From an uncultured Nitrospiraceae bacterium (GTDB taxonomy: Bacteria > Nitrospirota > Thermodesulfovibrionia > Thermodesulfovibrionales > Dissulfurispiraceae), in assembly GCA_963705105.1 (NCBI GenBank), contig CAVPIW010000006.1:352001-416000 (forward strand): DNA of 64,000 bases, in the 5' to 3' direction. The notes beneath the pieces are model-generated. The model was not told the DNA's origin. It saw only the letters and a program-made list of their open reading frames with translations, and did no database searches. A program made the translations under genes and the position numbers. Of the stretch, positions 1 to 10,400 are shown piece by piece. The first letter of the stretch is position 1, and every line of letters begins with the position of its first letter.

Positions 1-1
1 C

Positions 2-1009
2 ATCCTCCAGGACATGGCAAAGCCGTTCCACCTCGACGGCAGTGAGGTATTCATCACGACCAGCATCGGCATAACGATTTTTCCTTACGACGGCGGCGAT
101 GTCGACGCCCTCCTGAAGAATGCCGATATTGCGATGTACCATGCGAAGGACCAGGGGAGGAACAATTTTCAGTTCTACACCCAGTCAATGAATGCGACGG
201 CCTTCGAGCGCCTCGTGCTCGAAAATAATATCCGCAAAGCTATTGAACGAGATGAGTTCGAGCTCTTCTATCAGCCGCAGATTTCCGTCTCCAACGGGGA
301 GATCGTCGGCATGGAGGCCCTGATCAGATGGAACCATCCTGAGCTTGGAATGATCTCGCCTGCAGAATTCATTCCCCTTGCGGAGGAATCGGGACTCATC
401 CTGCCCCTCGGTGAATGGGTGCTGAGGAGGGCCTGCGGGCAGATCAGGCAACTGCACGACCGGGGATTCTCTGACCTGCGCATTTCGGTCAACCTGTCGG
501 TGCACCAACTGAGGCAACAGGGCCTCGTCAAGACAATCAAGGGCATCGTCGAACAATACTATCTCGACGCGAGGCGTCTCGAATTGGAAATCACTGAGAG
601 CGCCATCATGAAGAACGCCGAAGCGACCGTCGAGACGCTCATGTCGCTGAAGTCAATGGGTCTGAGGATCTCCATCGATGATTTCGGCACGGGATACTCT
701 TCACTCAGTTATCTGAAGCGGTTCCCGATCGATACCCTCAAGATCGACCGCTCCTTCATCAAGGACATCCCCAATGACCCCGACAATGCCGCCATTACGC
801 GGGCGATCATCGCCATGGCTCACAGTCTCAATCTCAAGGTTGTCGCCGAGGGGGTGGAGACGCCGGCTCAATTCGCTTTTCTGAAGAACGAAGGGTGTGA
901 CGAAATGCAGGGATTCCTGCTGTGCAGACCTCTGCCGTTCCAGAAAATCGGGGAGCTTTTGACCGAAAAGAGGGTTTTTACCACGGCCAACGTCAGCGCA
1001 GGGAATTGA
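2..1009 (+). CDS. GGDEF-EAL c-di-GMP signalling protein, 5' truncated by the window edge
   Basis: End of GGDEF ([13 protein letters not shown]) then EAL domain ([25 protein letters not shown]). Confidence 0.93.
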   Translation: MLQDMAKPFHLDGSEVFITTSIGITIFPYDGGDVDALLKNADIAMYHAKDQGRNNFQFYTQSMNATAFERLVLENNIRKAIERDEFELFYQPQISVSNGEIVGMEALIRWNHPELGMISPAEFIPLAEESGLILPLGEWVLRRACGQIRQLHDRGFSDLRISVNLSVHQLRQQGLVKTIKGIVEQYYLDARRLELEITESAIMKNAEATVETLMSLKSMGLRISIDDFGTGYSSLSYLKRFPIDTLKIDRSFIKDIPNDPDNAAITRAIIAMAHSLNLKVVAEGVETPAQFAFLKNEGCDEMQGFLLCRPLPFQKIGELLTEKRVFTTANVSAGN

Positions 1010-1172
1010 TCAGGCATCGCCATTCTTCCTCCGGTCGTTTCGTCTGACAGCCTCCGGGCCGCCCTGTTCCCGCTTTCTCCCGCGATCCTCAACAGTACAC
1101 TGCCGGTCTTCCTCATGTCATTGCGTCAGTAGTGTACAATTTACCAACAAAAGACCGTCCATTCCCTTCATC

Positions 1173-1264
1173 TGTCACTCCCCCGGCGAGTGCGTCGGGA
1201 ATCCTTCTGAAAGAACGATTCCGGACTGATTCTCGGCTGTGCGAGGACAGGAGCCACAATGACA
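1173..1264. repeat. REP-like palindromic repeat, family 2, copy 1
   Basis: TGTCA...GCGTCGGGAATCCTTCTGAAA...GATTCCGGAC...AATGACA; reverse-complement similarity to 61986-62058. Confidence 0.6.
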
Positions 1265-1284
1265 AATATAATGCAACTTTGTGA

Positions 1285-1506
1285 GTTTACCCCGTAGTTG
1301 TATAAAAAGGCGGGGCGAAGCGCCTCAAAGCCTTGCTGAAGGCGACGATACGCCTCGTCAGTTTCGTGTTTCAGGATTCCACTCTTTGTGTCATCGACCA
1401 TTCGCGTATAGTTCATCTCTCGTTTTGATACAGGTGTCGCCGCAGCAAGGTTTTCGGCGCATACACCCCGCCTTTGCCGGGAGTATATTGCAACGATAAA
1501 GTTTAT
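1285..1506 (-). repeat. Dispersed hairpin repeat family 1, copy 1 (long subtype A)
   Basis: Arms AAAGGCGGGG..GCGCC..CCTTGCTG..GGCGAC inverted; interior nearly identical to the copies at 33267 and 61465. Confidence 0.95.
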
Positions 1507-1519
1507 AAACAGATTCTAA

Positions 1520-1544
1520 ATAGTTGACAGAAATGGTAGGGTAT
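1520..1544 (+). promoter_or_regulatory. IscR type-1-like operator overlapping TTGACA upstream of iscR
   Basis: ATAGTTGAC-N7-GTAGGGTAT; second copy at 1979-2003. Confidence 0.65.
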
Positions 1545-1560
1545 TTTGTATCATTACAGA

Positions 1561-1980
1561 ATGCTCAGGTTGCCGACAAAAGGACAATACGGGGTGAGGG
1601 CCATGTTCGAGATCGCCAGCGGCTACCCGGATCAGCCGATCAGTATCAGGCAAATATCGGAAAGACAAGATGTTTCCGTTGCATATTTAGAGCAGATCCT
1701 CAACAAACTGAGGAAGGCTGGACTGATCAGGAGTGTGAAAGGACCGGGAGGGGGATATCTGCTGAACAGAAAACCGGAAGAGATAAGCATCGCCTCCATC
1801 CTCAACGAGCTCGAAGGGCCCGTCGCGATCACGTCATGTCTTGACCCCTCGGAAGGGTGCGTCAGGGTCGACACATGCGTCACTCACCTGCTCTGGAAGG
1901 CCCTTGGTGAACAGATCGAAGCCTTTCTCAGGACAATTTCCCTGAGGGACCTTGTGTCAGGGAATTTCTTACGGTCTTAA
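1561..1980 (+). CDS. iscR: Rrf2-family Fe-S cluster regulator
   Basis: Rrf2 wHTH (YLEQIL..L..SVKGPGGGY), C-x6-C-x5-C-x2-H ligands, upstream of iscSU. Confidence 0.88.
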   Translation: MLRLPTKGQYGVRAMFEIASGYPDQPISIRQISERQDVSVAYLEQILNKLRKAGLIRSVKGPGGGYLLNRKPEEISIASILNELEGPVAITSCLDPSEGCVRVDTCVTHLLWKALGEQIEAFLRTISLRDLVSGNFLRS

Positions 1981-2003
1981 AGTTGACAAAAATGATCAAG
2001 TAT
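1979..2003 (+). promoter_or_regulatory. Second IscR type-1-like operator upstream of tusA-iscS-iscU
   Basis: AAAGTTGAC-N7-ATCAAGTAT containing TTGACA. Confidence 0.6.
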
Positions 2004-2018
2004 TTTTAACCTGATACT

Positions 2019-2276
2019 ATGAAATTCGTTCATGATGTGAAGGCTGATGTCACGGCGGACATTGTGTATATGATGTGTCCCATGCATCTGCTCAAGCTCG
2101 ATGAGATGATCAGGATCCTCGAAAAGGGACAGATCCTCGAAATTCTGACGGACTACGACGGCGCGCTTGAAGACATTCCCGGATGGTGCAGAAAGACGGG
2201 GAACGAATTCATCGGCATCGATGAGGATGAGGATTTTTACAAGTTTTACGTAAGAAAAACCGTTGATCACGCCTGA
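2019..2276 (+). CDS. tusA: TusA/SirA-family sulfur carrier
   Basis: CP motif, L.ILTD..GA..DIP.WC...G fold signature. Confidence 0.8.
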   Translation: MKFVHDVKADVTADIVYMMCPMHLLKLDEMIRILEKGQILEILTDYDGALEDIPGWCRKTGNEFIGIDEDEDFYKFYVRKTVDHA

Positions 2277-2294
2277 GTTCAGAGAGGAGACACC

Positions 2295-3494
2295 ATGATA
2301 AAGAGCTATTTTGACAATGTGGCCGCAAACCCGCTCCATCCCGATGTGCTTGACGCAATGATGCCCTATTTCAGGGAGGAGTTCGGCAATCCGCTCAGCG
2401 TGTATGATCTCGGCATCAGGGCCCGCGAAGCCATCGAGGTCGCGAGAAACGAGGTCGCCGCGCTTATCAATGCGAAGCCGTCGTCTGTCGTCTTTACGGC
2501 GAGCGGAGCGGAATCGAACAATTTCGCCCTTCGGGGAATAGCTCAGGCGAAGCAGGGACAGGGCAAGCACCTGATCGTCTCAAAGGTCGAACATCACTCT
2601 ATACTCAACACGGCACGGTCCCTGGAAAAAAGCGGCTTCGTCGTTACATGGCTGCCCGTTGACAAACACGGATCCGTCGATCCGGAGACCGTAAAGAAAT
2701 CAATCTTAAAGGAGACAATCCTTATCTCCATAACCCATGCCAGCAGCGAGATCGGGACCATCGAACCGCTGAAGGAGATCGCGAAAATAGCGAAGGAGCA
2801 CAAGGTTGTCCTCCATGCCGACGGTGTCGCCACGACGGGCAACATTCCCGTCGATGTCAAGGAACTGGGCGTTGATCTTTACAGCATGGCGGCGCACCAG
2901 TTTCAGGGACCCAAGGGCGCCGGCGCGCTCTATGTCCGCGAAGGAATGAGGATCGTCCCGCTCGTGTACGGAGGGATACAGGAAGGCGGACGTCGGGCCG
3001 GGACGGAGAATGTGCCGGCCATCGTCGGCATGGGCAAGGCCGCGGAGATCACGAGGAAGACGCTGAAGGACAAAATAGCACATTGCAAAGGGCTTCGTGA
3101 CAGGGTCATCGAAGGTGTGCTGAAGATGCCGAATGTGTATCTGACCGGTCATCCCGAGAGGAGATTGCCGCACCACGCGAGTTTCGTCGTTGAGTTTATC
3201 GAAGGCGAGGCCATGCTCCTGATGCTTTCGATGAAGGGCATCTATTCGGCAAGCGGGTCGGCGTGCTCGTCCCGGGCGCTCAAGTCATCGCCGGTCCTCC
3301 TCTCCCTCGGTGTCCCGACGGCCCTTGCCCAGGGATCGGTCGTCTTCAGTTTCGGCATGGAAAACACCGACGAAGAGGTCGACTATTTCCTCACGGAATT
3401 CCCCGGTATCGTTCAGCGCCTGCGGGAGATGTCGCCCTTTGCGAAAGGGTGGGGAGAAGGCGGCGAAGGGGAAAAATGCTACGTAGGAGGTTGA
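2295..3494 (+). CDS. iscS: Cysteine desulfurase (IscS/NifS)
   Basis: EHHS, GPKG, RAGTENV, SGSACSS; the usual PLP Lys of SAHK reads AAHQ here. Confidence 0.92.
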   Translation: MIKSYFDNVAANPLHPDVLDAMMPYFREEFGNPLSVYDLGIRAREAIEVARNEVAALINAKPSSVVFTASGAESNNFALRGIAQAKQGQGKHLIVSKVEHHSILNTARSLEKSGFVVTWLPVDKHGSVDPETVKKSILKETILISITHASSEIGTIEPLKEIAKIAKEHKVVLHADGVATTGNIPVDVKELGVDLYSMAAHQFQGPKGAGALYVREGMRIVPLVYGGIQEGGRRAGTENVPAIVGMGKAAEITRKTLKDKIAHCKGLRDRVIEGVLKMPNVYLTGHPERRLPHHASFVVEFIEGEAMLLMLSMKGIYSASGSACSSRALKSSPVLLSLGVPTALAQGSVVFSFGMENTDEEVDYFLTEFPGIVQRLREMSPFAKGWGEGGEGEKCYVGG

Positions 3495-3495
3495 T

Positions 3496-3867
3496 ATGTA
3501 TTCGCCAAAAGTGATGGACCATTTCATGAATCCCCGGAACGTGGGTGAGATCGCCGACGCCGACGGAGTCGGCATGGAAGGTAACCCGACCTGCGGGGAT
3601 GCGATGCAGATTTTCATAAAAGTCGAGGATGACCGTATCGTCGACGCAAAGTTCAGGACCTTCGGCTGCGGGGCTGCTATAGCCGTCAGCAGCATGGTGA
3701 CGGAGATGGTCAAGGGCAAGACCATCGATGAGGCCCTGAACATATCGAAGGAAGCTGTCGCAGCGGCCCTTGACGGGCTGCCGGCCCAGAAAATGCACTG
3801 CTCGAACCTCGGGGCGGATGCGTTACGGAAGGCAATTGAGGATTACCGCAACAAGAAACGGTCCTGA
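3496..3867 (+). CDS. iscU: Fe-S scaffold IscU/NifU-N
   Basis: GNPTCGD, TFGCGAAIA, KMHCS. Confidence 0.95.
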   Translation: MYSPKVMDHFMNPRNVGEIADADGVGMEGNPTCGDAMQIFIKVEDDRIVDAKFRTFGCGAAIAVSSMVTEMVKGKTIDEALNISKEAVAAALDGLPAQKMHCSNLGADALRKAIEDYRNKKRS

Positions 3868-3869
3868 CG

Positions 3870-4814
3870 ATGTCGCCGACGCTTCTCCTGGCAGATGACA
3901 GCCTGACGATCCACAAGGTGGTCGAACTCGTGCTCGCCCCGGAGCGGTTCGACATCCGTGCCGCGTATGACGGAGACGAGGCGCTCCGGTTGATAGAGAT
4001 GATGAAGCCCGACATCATTCTGGCGGACGTGGAGATGCCGAAACTGAACGGGTACCAGCTCTGCGAGAAGATAAAGGGAGACCCCGCGACGGCGCGTATC
4101 CCCGTCATACTCCTGGCCGGCGCCTTTGAACCCTTCAGTGAAGAGCAGGCGAGGCGGTACGGCGCCGACGACTTCATCATCAAGCCCTTTGAGGCCCAGG
4201 AGTTGACGAGTAAGGTCAAGGCCCTTCTCATGGAGAGGGAAGAAGATGCAGGGTACGAACCTGAAGAACCCGGAGAGGAACAGGAGCCTTTGTCGCTCGC
4301 TACTGCCGGTGAACCTCCTGTTTCTCCGGAAGAGTTATCCATGCAGGAGGACCTTGCCTCCTTTGCTGAAGCCGCGACCGAACCGGAGAGGCCCGGAGAG
4401 ACGCACCTGCGGGAATCGACTTTGGAAACTCGGGACATGAGGGGCTTTGAGGAGATCCTCGCCGAAACGATGGAGAGGGAATCGCCGGAAAAGGTCGTCA
4501 CCCCCTTCGAGGCTGAAGAGGTGCGGCCGGAGCAGGCCGGGGAGCCGTCCGTCAGGGCCGTCGTCGGGGAAAGAACGATGCAGTACCTGGAGGAGCGCCT
4601 GCTCCCCGAGGTCACTGACGCTGTGCGTGACGCTGTCAGCCGTGCCATGGAAGAGATCATGCCTTCTCTTCTTGAGAATGTCGCCCGTGATGTGGTACAA
4701 AAGGTACTCGCCTCGGCGCTCGAAAAGGTCGATGCCGCCATAGACCGGATCGTGCCCGAAGTAGCGGAAACCGTCATCAGGCGGGAGATCGAAAAAATCA
4801 CCTCCGAACTCTGA
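3870..4814 (+). CDS. Response regulator receiver with acidic linker and helical C-terminus
   Basis: LLADDS, DVEMP, KPF receiver motifs. Confidence 0.8.
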   Translation: MSPTLLLADDSLTIHKVVELVLAPERFDIRAAYDGDEALRLIEMMKPDIILADVEMPKLNGYQLCEKIKGDPATARIPVILLAGAFEPFSEEQARRYGADDFIIKPFEAQELTSKVKALLMEREEDAGYEPEEPGEEQEPLSLATAGEPPVSPEELSMQEDLASFAEAATEPERPGETHLRESTLETRDMRGFEEILAETMERESPEKVVTPFEAEEVRPEQAGEPSVRAVVGERTMQYLEERLLPEVTDAVRDAVSRAMEEIMPSLLENVARDVVQKVLASALEKVDAAIDRIVPEVAETVIRREIEKITSEL

Positions 4815-4886
4815 AACCGGGGTGCCGTCATGATGCATCCCGTCGCCGTTCGAAAATCCTGAAATGGAGACAATAACCGTTCTCAT

Positions 4887-7703
4887 ATGAGTGACCTCAG
4901 CAAGAACTACCATCCCGAAGAGATAGAGGACAAATGGTACGCACTCTGGGAAGAGAAGGGATATTTCAAGCCCACTCCCCGGACAGACCGAGACCCTTTC
5001 TGCATCGTCATCCCGCCTCCAAACGTCACGGGCTCCCTCCACATGGGGCATGCCCTGAATGCGACGATCCAGGACATACTGAGCCGCTGGATGAGGATGC
5101 GCGGTCATCCCGTGCTCTGGCTCCCGGGCACCGACCATGCCGGTATTGCCACACAGAATGTGGTGGAACGGAAGGTCGCCGAGGAAGGCCTGGACAGGCA
5201 GCAGCTCGGGAGGAAAGCCTTTATCCAGCGGGTGTGGCAATGGAAGGCGGAGTACGGCGGCAGGATCATCCGCCAGCTCAGGAAGCTCGGCGCGTCCTGC
5301 GACTGGTCGCGGGAGCGCTTCACCCTCGACGAAGGGCTGTCAGGGGCTGTCAGGGAGGTTTTCGTCAGGCTCTTCGAGGAAGGACTTATCTACCGGGACA
5401 ACAGACTTATCAACTGGTGTCCCCGATGCCATACAGCCCTCTCGGACCTTGAAGTGGAATACGAGGAGATGGAGGGTAAGCTCTATACGATAAGGTACCC
5501 GGTGCACGACGGGGACTGGTACGTCGCCGTGGCGACGACGAGGCCGGAGACGATGCTCGGGGATACAGGCGTCGCCGTCCATCCCGAAGACGGCAGGTAC
5601 GAAGGCATGGTCGGCGGTTCCGTCGAGCTGCCGCTGACGGGCAGGAGCATCCCCGTTGTCGCCGACGACGATGTGGACCCCTCCTTCGGTACCGGGGCCG
5701 TCAAGGTGACACCGGCCCACGACTTCAACGACGAAATGATCGGGAAGCGGCACCACCTTCCCTCGATCACGGTCATCGGTGAGGACGGCCGGATGAAGCC
5801 CGACGCCGGTGAGCGGTATGCGGGCCTCGACCGGTATGAATGCAGAAAGAGGGTCGTTGAAGACCTCCGGACCCTGGGACTGCTTGAGGCCGAAAAGAAG
5901 CACGCCCATGCCGTGGGCCACTGTTACCGGTGCAAAACGATCATCGAACCCCTCCAGACGATCCAGTGGTATGTCCGGGTACAGTCCCTCGCCTCCGAGG
6001 CCGTCAGGGCCGTCGAGGACGAGAGGATCAGGATCGTGCCTTCCTCCTGGGAAAACAATTACTTTGCCTGGATGAAGGATATCAGGGACTGGTGCATCTC
6101 GCGTCAGATCTGGTGGGGCCACCAGATCCCCGTCTGGTACTGCCCGGAATGTGCCGACGCACAGGGAAGGCCGGCCTCCGAAAGCATCAGTATAACCTTC
6201 TTTAAACCCCTCCGGATCGCCGGCGGACACGACATCTCCGGGGGCACGTACGGAGAGTTGACAAGGCTGGGAATCGGTCACGACGAGATCGTGAGGGACG
6301 CCAGATTTATCAGGGTTTCAAAGGACGTGACGCCCCTCTGCAGCCGTGAGGACCTTGTTTCCTGTCCTGTCTGCGGCAGCAGTCGCATCATCCGGGACCC
6401 CGATGTGCTCGACACGTGGTTTTCATCGGCCCTCTGGCCGTTCTCGACCCTCGGGTGGCCCGAGGAGACGGAGGATCTCCGGTCCTTCTATCCCACGAGC
6501 GTCCTTGTGACCGGGTTCGACATCCTCTTCTTCTGGGTAGCCCGGATGATCATGATGGGCCTCAAGTTCATGGGAGATGTCCCGTTCCGGCACGTTTACA
6601 TCCATGCCCTTGTGAGGGATGCGAAGGGGCACAAGATGAGCAAGTCGAAAGGCAATGTCGTCGACCCCCTTATTATGATCGACAAATACGGGGCCGACGC
6701 CTTCCGCTTCTCCCTTGCCGCTTTTGCCGCCCAGGGACGGGATATCAGGTTTTCTGAGGATCGCGTCGAGGGATACCGTTTCTTCATCAACAAGCTCTGG
6801 AATGCCACACGTTTCGTACTGAGTTACGGGCATCTGAGGTCGGGTGGTCAAAATGACGATACTGCAGCCGTTTCCGATCTGCCGAGCCTCTGGATACTGA
6901 GCAGGCTGTCTGCCACGGCCGAGGCCGTGAACAGGCACCTCGGGGAGTACCGTTTTAACGAGGCGGCAGGAAGCATCTACCAGTTCATCTGGCACGAGTT
7001 CTGCGACTGGTATATCGAGATAACGAAGCCGCTTCTATACAGTCAGGAGGCCGATAAAACCTTTGTTGTCGATTGTCTCTTCTCGGTCCTCGAACAGGTG
7101 CTCGTCCTGCTCCATCCCTTCATGCCCTTCGTCACCGAGGAGATCTACCAGATCGTGAACGGGCAGGGGAGAAGCATCATGACGGCGCCCTTTCCGGGGG
7201 ACCTGCCGCGATACCCTGAGGCCGAGCGGAGGATGAACGCCGTCATCGAGGCTGTCTCGGGTATCAGGAGCATACGGGGTGAGCTGAACATTCCTCCCGC
7301 CGTCGAGATCAGTGCCGACATCAGGGCGCTCTCGAAGGACATCGAGGAGGTCTTGAGGGAGAACATCGTGCCCATGATGAAGCTCACCCGTTCCTCGAAG
7401 ATCGAGATAGGCAGGGAAGTTGCGAAGGAGAAGGGGTCGGCGGTATCCGTAAAGGACGGGATGGAGATCTATGTCCCCATCAGGGGGCTCCTCAATGTGG
7501 ATGCGGAGATCAGCCGGCTTGTCAAGGAGAGGACGAAGATCGACGATGCCCTCGCACTCATCAACCGCAAGCTCTTCAATGAGGATTTTCTCAATCATGC
7601 CCCGAAAGATGTGGTGCAGAAGGAGCGGGGCCGCTGTGACGAACTTCACAGGAAGAAGCAGAAGATCGAGGAGAACCTGGAGCTTCTGAAGACCGTGGAG
7701 TAG
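4887..7703 (+). CDS. valS: Valyl-tRNA synthetase
   Basis: PPPNVTGSLHMGH, KMSKS, C-terminal coiled coil. Confidence 0.98.
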   Translation: MSDLSKNYHPEEIEDKWYALWEEKGYFKPTPRTDRDPFCIVIPPPNVTGSLHMGHALNATIQDILSRWMRMRGHPVLWLPGTDHAGIATQNVVERKVAEEGLDRQQLGRKAFIQRVWQWKAEYGGRIIRQLRKLGASCDWSRERFTLDEGLSGAVREVFVRLFEEGLIYRDNRLINWCPRCHTALSDLEVEYEEMEGKLYTIRYPVHDGDWYVAVATTRPETMLGDTGVAVHPEDGRYEGMVGGSVELPLTGRSIPVVADDDVDPSFGTGAVKVTPAHDFNDEMIGKRHHLPSITVIGEDGRMKPDAGERYAGLDRYECRKRVVEDLRTLGLLEAEKKHAHAVGHCYRCKTIIEPLQTIQWYVRVQSLASEAVRAVEDERIRIVPSSWENNYFAWMKDIRDWCISRQIWWGHQIPVWYCPECADAQGRPASESISITFFKPLRIAGGHDISGGTYGELTRLGIGHDEIVRDARFIRVSKDVTPLCSREDLVSCPVCGSSRIIRDPDVLDTWFSSALWPFSTLGWPEETEDLRSFYPTSVLVTGFDILFFWVARMIMMGLKFMGDVPFRHVYIHALVRDAKGHKMSKSKGNVVDPLIMIDKYGADAFRFSLAAFAAQGRDIRFSEDRVEGYRFFINKLWNATRFVLSYGHLRSGGQNDDTAAVSDLPSLWILSRLSATAEAVNRHLGEYRFNEAAGSIYQFIWHEFCDWYIEITKPLLYSQEADKTFVVDCLFSVLEQVLVLLHPFMPFVTEEIYQIVNGQGRSIMTAPFPGDLPRYPEAERRMNAVIEAVSGIRSIRGELNIPPAVEISADIRALSKDIEEVLRENIVPMMKLTRSSKIEIGREVAKEKGSAVSVKDGMEIYVPIRGLLNVDAEISRLVKERTKIDDALALINRKLFNEDFLNHAPKDVVQKERGRCDELHRKKQKIEENLELLKTVE

Positions 7704-7810
7704 AGCCTGGAAAGGGAAAGGGGGTTCCCGGGGCATGGTTTGCCCGGGAACGGTCCGGCAGGATATGCAGCGCCGGATCAGATCGGCGCCATGAAAGGAA
7801 AGGGGATCGG

Positions 7811-8296
7811 ATGATGGAAAAGGATCTGATGGACATTGAAGGCAAGAGCCTCGACATGGTCGAAGCCGAATTTATGAACATTCGGCAGAGTACCATCCGG
7901 TCCGTGGAAGGCGGACATATCGAACTGCAGCAGGTGGGCGCGCTGAGTATTGACGGCGAGCGCATCGAGACGACTCAGGGTTTTTCGGTGCTGAATCGCG
8001 GCAATACGCTCACTCTTAACCAGGGTGTCGGTCTCTTCAATGTGGCCCACACGACGAATATAAACTACTCCTGTTCTCCCCTTTCGGTATCCGCCGCCGA
8101 CGCCGTCATCGAAAAGAGCGCCGTCGGCGTCGTTGCGGCAAGGGATGTGACGGTGACGAACAGCGCCTCGGTCCTCATGATCGCGAGAAACGTCCACGGC
8201 ACGGTGACGACGCTCCTCGACTGGAAGTCGGCCCTTGCCATAGGTGCCGTTGCAGGTGGCATCCTGGGCGCTCTCTCCCTCCTGCGGAGGCGTTAG
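7811..8296 (+). CDS. Hypothetical protein with beta-rich repeats and C-terminal membrane anchor
   Basis: ORF with SD; hydrophobic C-terminus ending RRR. Confidence 0.65.
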   Translation: MMEKDLMDIEGKSLDMVEAEFMNIRQSTIRSVEGGHIELQQVGALSIDGERIETTQGFSVLNRGNTLTLNQGVGLFNVAHTTNINYSCSPLSVSAADAVIEKSAVGVVAARDVTVTNSASVLMIARNVHGTVTTLLDWKSALAIGAVAGGILGALSLLRRR

Positions 8297-8302
8297 GGTG
8301 CA

Positions 8303-9145
8303 GTGACGACAGGCAGGCACCTTGCCCCGCTGATTCGCGAGACCATTCGCATCGCCCTGCTTGAGGATCTGGGGCAGGGCGACGTGACGTCCCTGCGGGT
8401 CATCGCCGGAGACAGGAGCGCAAAAGCCGCCATCCGGGCCAAGGAAGATTTCATCCTCGCCGGTATGCCCTTCGTCATCGAGGTTTTCTCCGTCCTCGAC
8501 CCTGATGTTTCAGTTGTCACCGGCCCGGCCGAGGGCGTGTCGGTCGTCAGGGGCGACATCGTCGCCGAGGTGTCGGGCAGGGCCTGGAGTCTTCTTGCCG
8601 GCGAGAGGACGGCCCTTAACATCCTCCAGCGCGTCTCCGGCGTCGCCACTCTCACAAGGTCATTCGTCGACAGGGTTTCCGGACTGCCCGCCCGGATCGC
8701 CGACACGCGAAAAACGACACCCTGCATGAGATACATGGAAAAATACGGCGTCGTTGTCGGAGGCGGGATCAATCACCGCTTCGGCCTTTCCGACGGCATC
8801 CTGATCAAGGACAATCACCTCAAGATTGCAGGGAGCATCACCAGGGCAGTCGAAGCGGCAAGGAAGGAACTCCCGTTCCGTAAGGTCGAGGTGGAGGTGA
8901 AAAACCTCGATGAACTCCGCGAAGCCCTTGCCGCGGGAGCCGATATCATCATGCTCGATAACATGTCTGTGGAGCAAATGGCCGAGGCTTCCGGGATAGC
9001 CGGAGGAAAAGCCGTTCTCGAGGCGTCGGGGAACGTGAACCTTTCCAATGTCAGGGCCATTGCGGAAACGGGCGTGCATGTCATCTCCGTGGGAGCGCTC
9101 ACACATTCGGCCCGTGCCGTCGACATCAGCATGAAAATCCTCTGA
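8303..9145 (+). CDS. nadC: Quinolinate phosphoribosyltransferase
   Basis: DTRKT, HRFGLSD, KDNH, MLDN, EASG. Confidence 0.96.
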   Translation: MTTGRHLAPLIRETIRIALLEDLGQGDVTSLRVIAGDRSAKAAIRAKEDFILAGMPFVIEVFSVLDPDVSVVTGPAEGVSVVRGDIVAEVSGRAWSLLAGERTALNILQRVSGVATLTRSFVDRVSGLPARIADTRKTTPCMRYMEKYGVVVGGGINHRFGLSDGILIKDNHLKIAGSITRAVEAARKELPFRKVEVEVKNLDELREALAAGADIIMLDNMSVEQMAEASGIAGGKAVLEASGNVNLSNVRAIAETGVHVISVGALTHSARAVDISMKIL

Positions 9146-9151
9146 GGGACC

Positions 9152-10192
9152 ATGGAAGACGAACTGACATACAAGAAAGCGGGCGTTGACATCGACGAGG
9201 GGGACCGTTTCGTCAGTCTCATCGCTCCCCTTGTGAAAGAGACCTTCCGCCCGGAAGTCATGACCGACATCGGGTCCTTCGGCGCCCTCTTCAGGCTCGA
9301 CACGTCACGATACCGCGAACCCGTCCTCGTGAGCGGCACCGACGGCGTGGGCACGAAACTCAAGGTCGCCTTCATGACGGACAGGCACGACACTGTCGGG
9401 ATCGACCTGGTTGCCATGTGCGTCAATGACGTCCTTACCCTCGGCGCGGAACCCCTCTTCTTTCTCGATTACTTCGCAACGGGGAGACTGCGGTCCGGCA
9501 GGGCGCGGGACGTCGTGAAGGGCATCGCCGAAGGCTGCAGGCAGGCGGGGTGCTCGCTCATCGGGGGCGAGACGGCGGAAATGCCCGGTTTTTACGGGCA
9601 GGAGGAGTATGATCTGGCCGGCTTTGCCGTCGGCGTCGTCGACCGCCCGGACATCATCGACGGGTCCCGTATCGCCGAAGGAGATGTTATGATCGGACTC
9701 CCTTCGTCGGGTTTGCACAGCAACGGCTATTCCCTGGCGCGGAAGGTCTTCTTCGACCGTGCCGGCCTGTCTCATGATGCCTGCCTGCCGGAACTCGGCA
9801 TATCCGTCGGCGAGGAACTGCTCAAGCCGACGACGATTTATGTAAAAGCATTCCAGTTGCTGAAGGGGGCCGTGACGGTGAAGGGCATGGCCCACATCAC
9901 GGGGGGAGGGCTCCCGGGGAACGTGCCGAGAATTCTGCCTGAGGGCCACTGTGCGGTGATCAGGAGAGACTCCTGGCCCGTCCATCCCGTCTTCGGCCTG
10001 ATACAAAAGATGGGCAATGTGCCCGATGACGATATGATGCGCACCTTCAACATGGGGATCGGTTTCGTCGTTGTCGTGTCGCCAGGGGATGAGGATAAGA
10101 CGCTTGCCGCACTGAAAGAGAGCGGCTATGGGGCCATCCCCATAGGCCATGTCGAAAAGGCTGAGGGCCGATCATTGCGGTTTGTTACGTGA
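9152..10192 (+). CDS. purM: AIR synthase
   Basis: [30 protein letters not shown]. Confidence 0.97.
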   Translation: MEDELTYKKAGVDIDEGDRFVSLIAPLVKETFRPEVMTDIGSFGALFRLDTSRYREPVLVSGTDGVGTKLKVAFMTDRHDTVGIDLVAMCVNDVLTLGAEPLFFLDYFATGRLRSGRARDVVKGIAEGCRQAGCSLIGGETAEMPGFYGQEEYDLAGFAVGVVDRPDIIDGSRIAEGDVMIGLPSSGLHSNGYSLARKVFFDRAGLSHDACLPELGISVGEELLKPTTIYVKAFQLLKGAVTVKGMAHITGGGLPGNVPRILPEGHCAVIRRDSWPVHPVFGLIQKMGNVPDDDMMRTFNMGIGFVVVVSPGDEDKTLAALKESGYGAIPIGHVEKAEGRSLRFVT

Positions 10193-10203
10193 GTATTCCT
10201 CGT

Positions 10204-10360
10204 GAAAGGCGGGGTGTATGTGCTGAAAACCTTGCTGCGGCGACACCTGTATCGAAAGACAATGCTTTAAGCCAATATTTGAAAAAGGAGCCTTTTTGCT
10301 GACACTCACACTGCCACTGACACTTTTTTTCAGAGCGCTTCGCCCCGCCTTTTCATGAAC
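10204..10360 (+). repeat. Repeat family 1, copy 2 (subtype B with ACACTG/ACACTC hexamers)
   Basis: GAAAGGCGGGGTGTATG..CCTTGCTGCGGCGACACCTGTATC..CAGAGCGCTTCGCCCCGCCTTTTCATG. Confidence 0.93.
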
Positions 10361-10400
10361 GAAGAGGTATGTTGAACTCGAATATTCGCTGCAAAAGACC

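Noticed and set aside
1168..1499. Short ORFs recurring in repeat copies (QVSPQQGFRRIHP, MKRRGEAPQSL)
   Set aside because: Starts, stops and frames are not conserved between copies, so they are by-products of the repeat.
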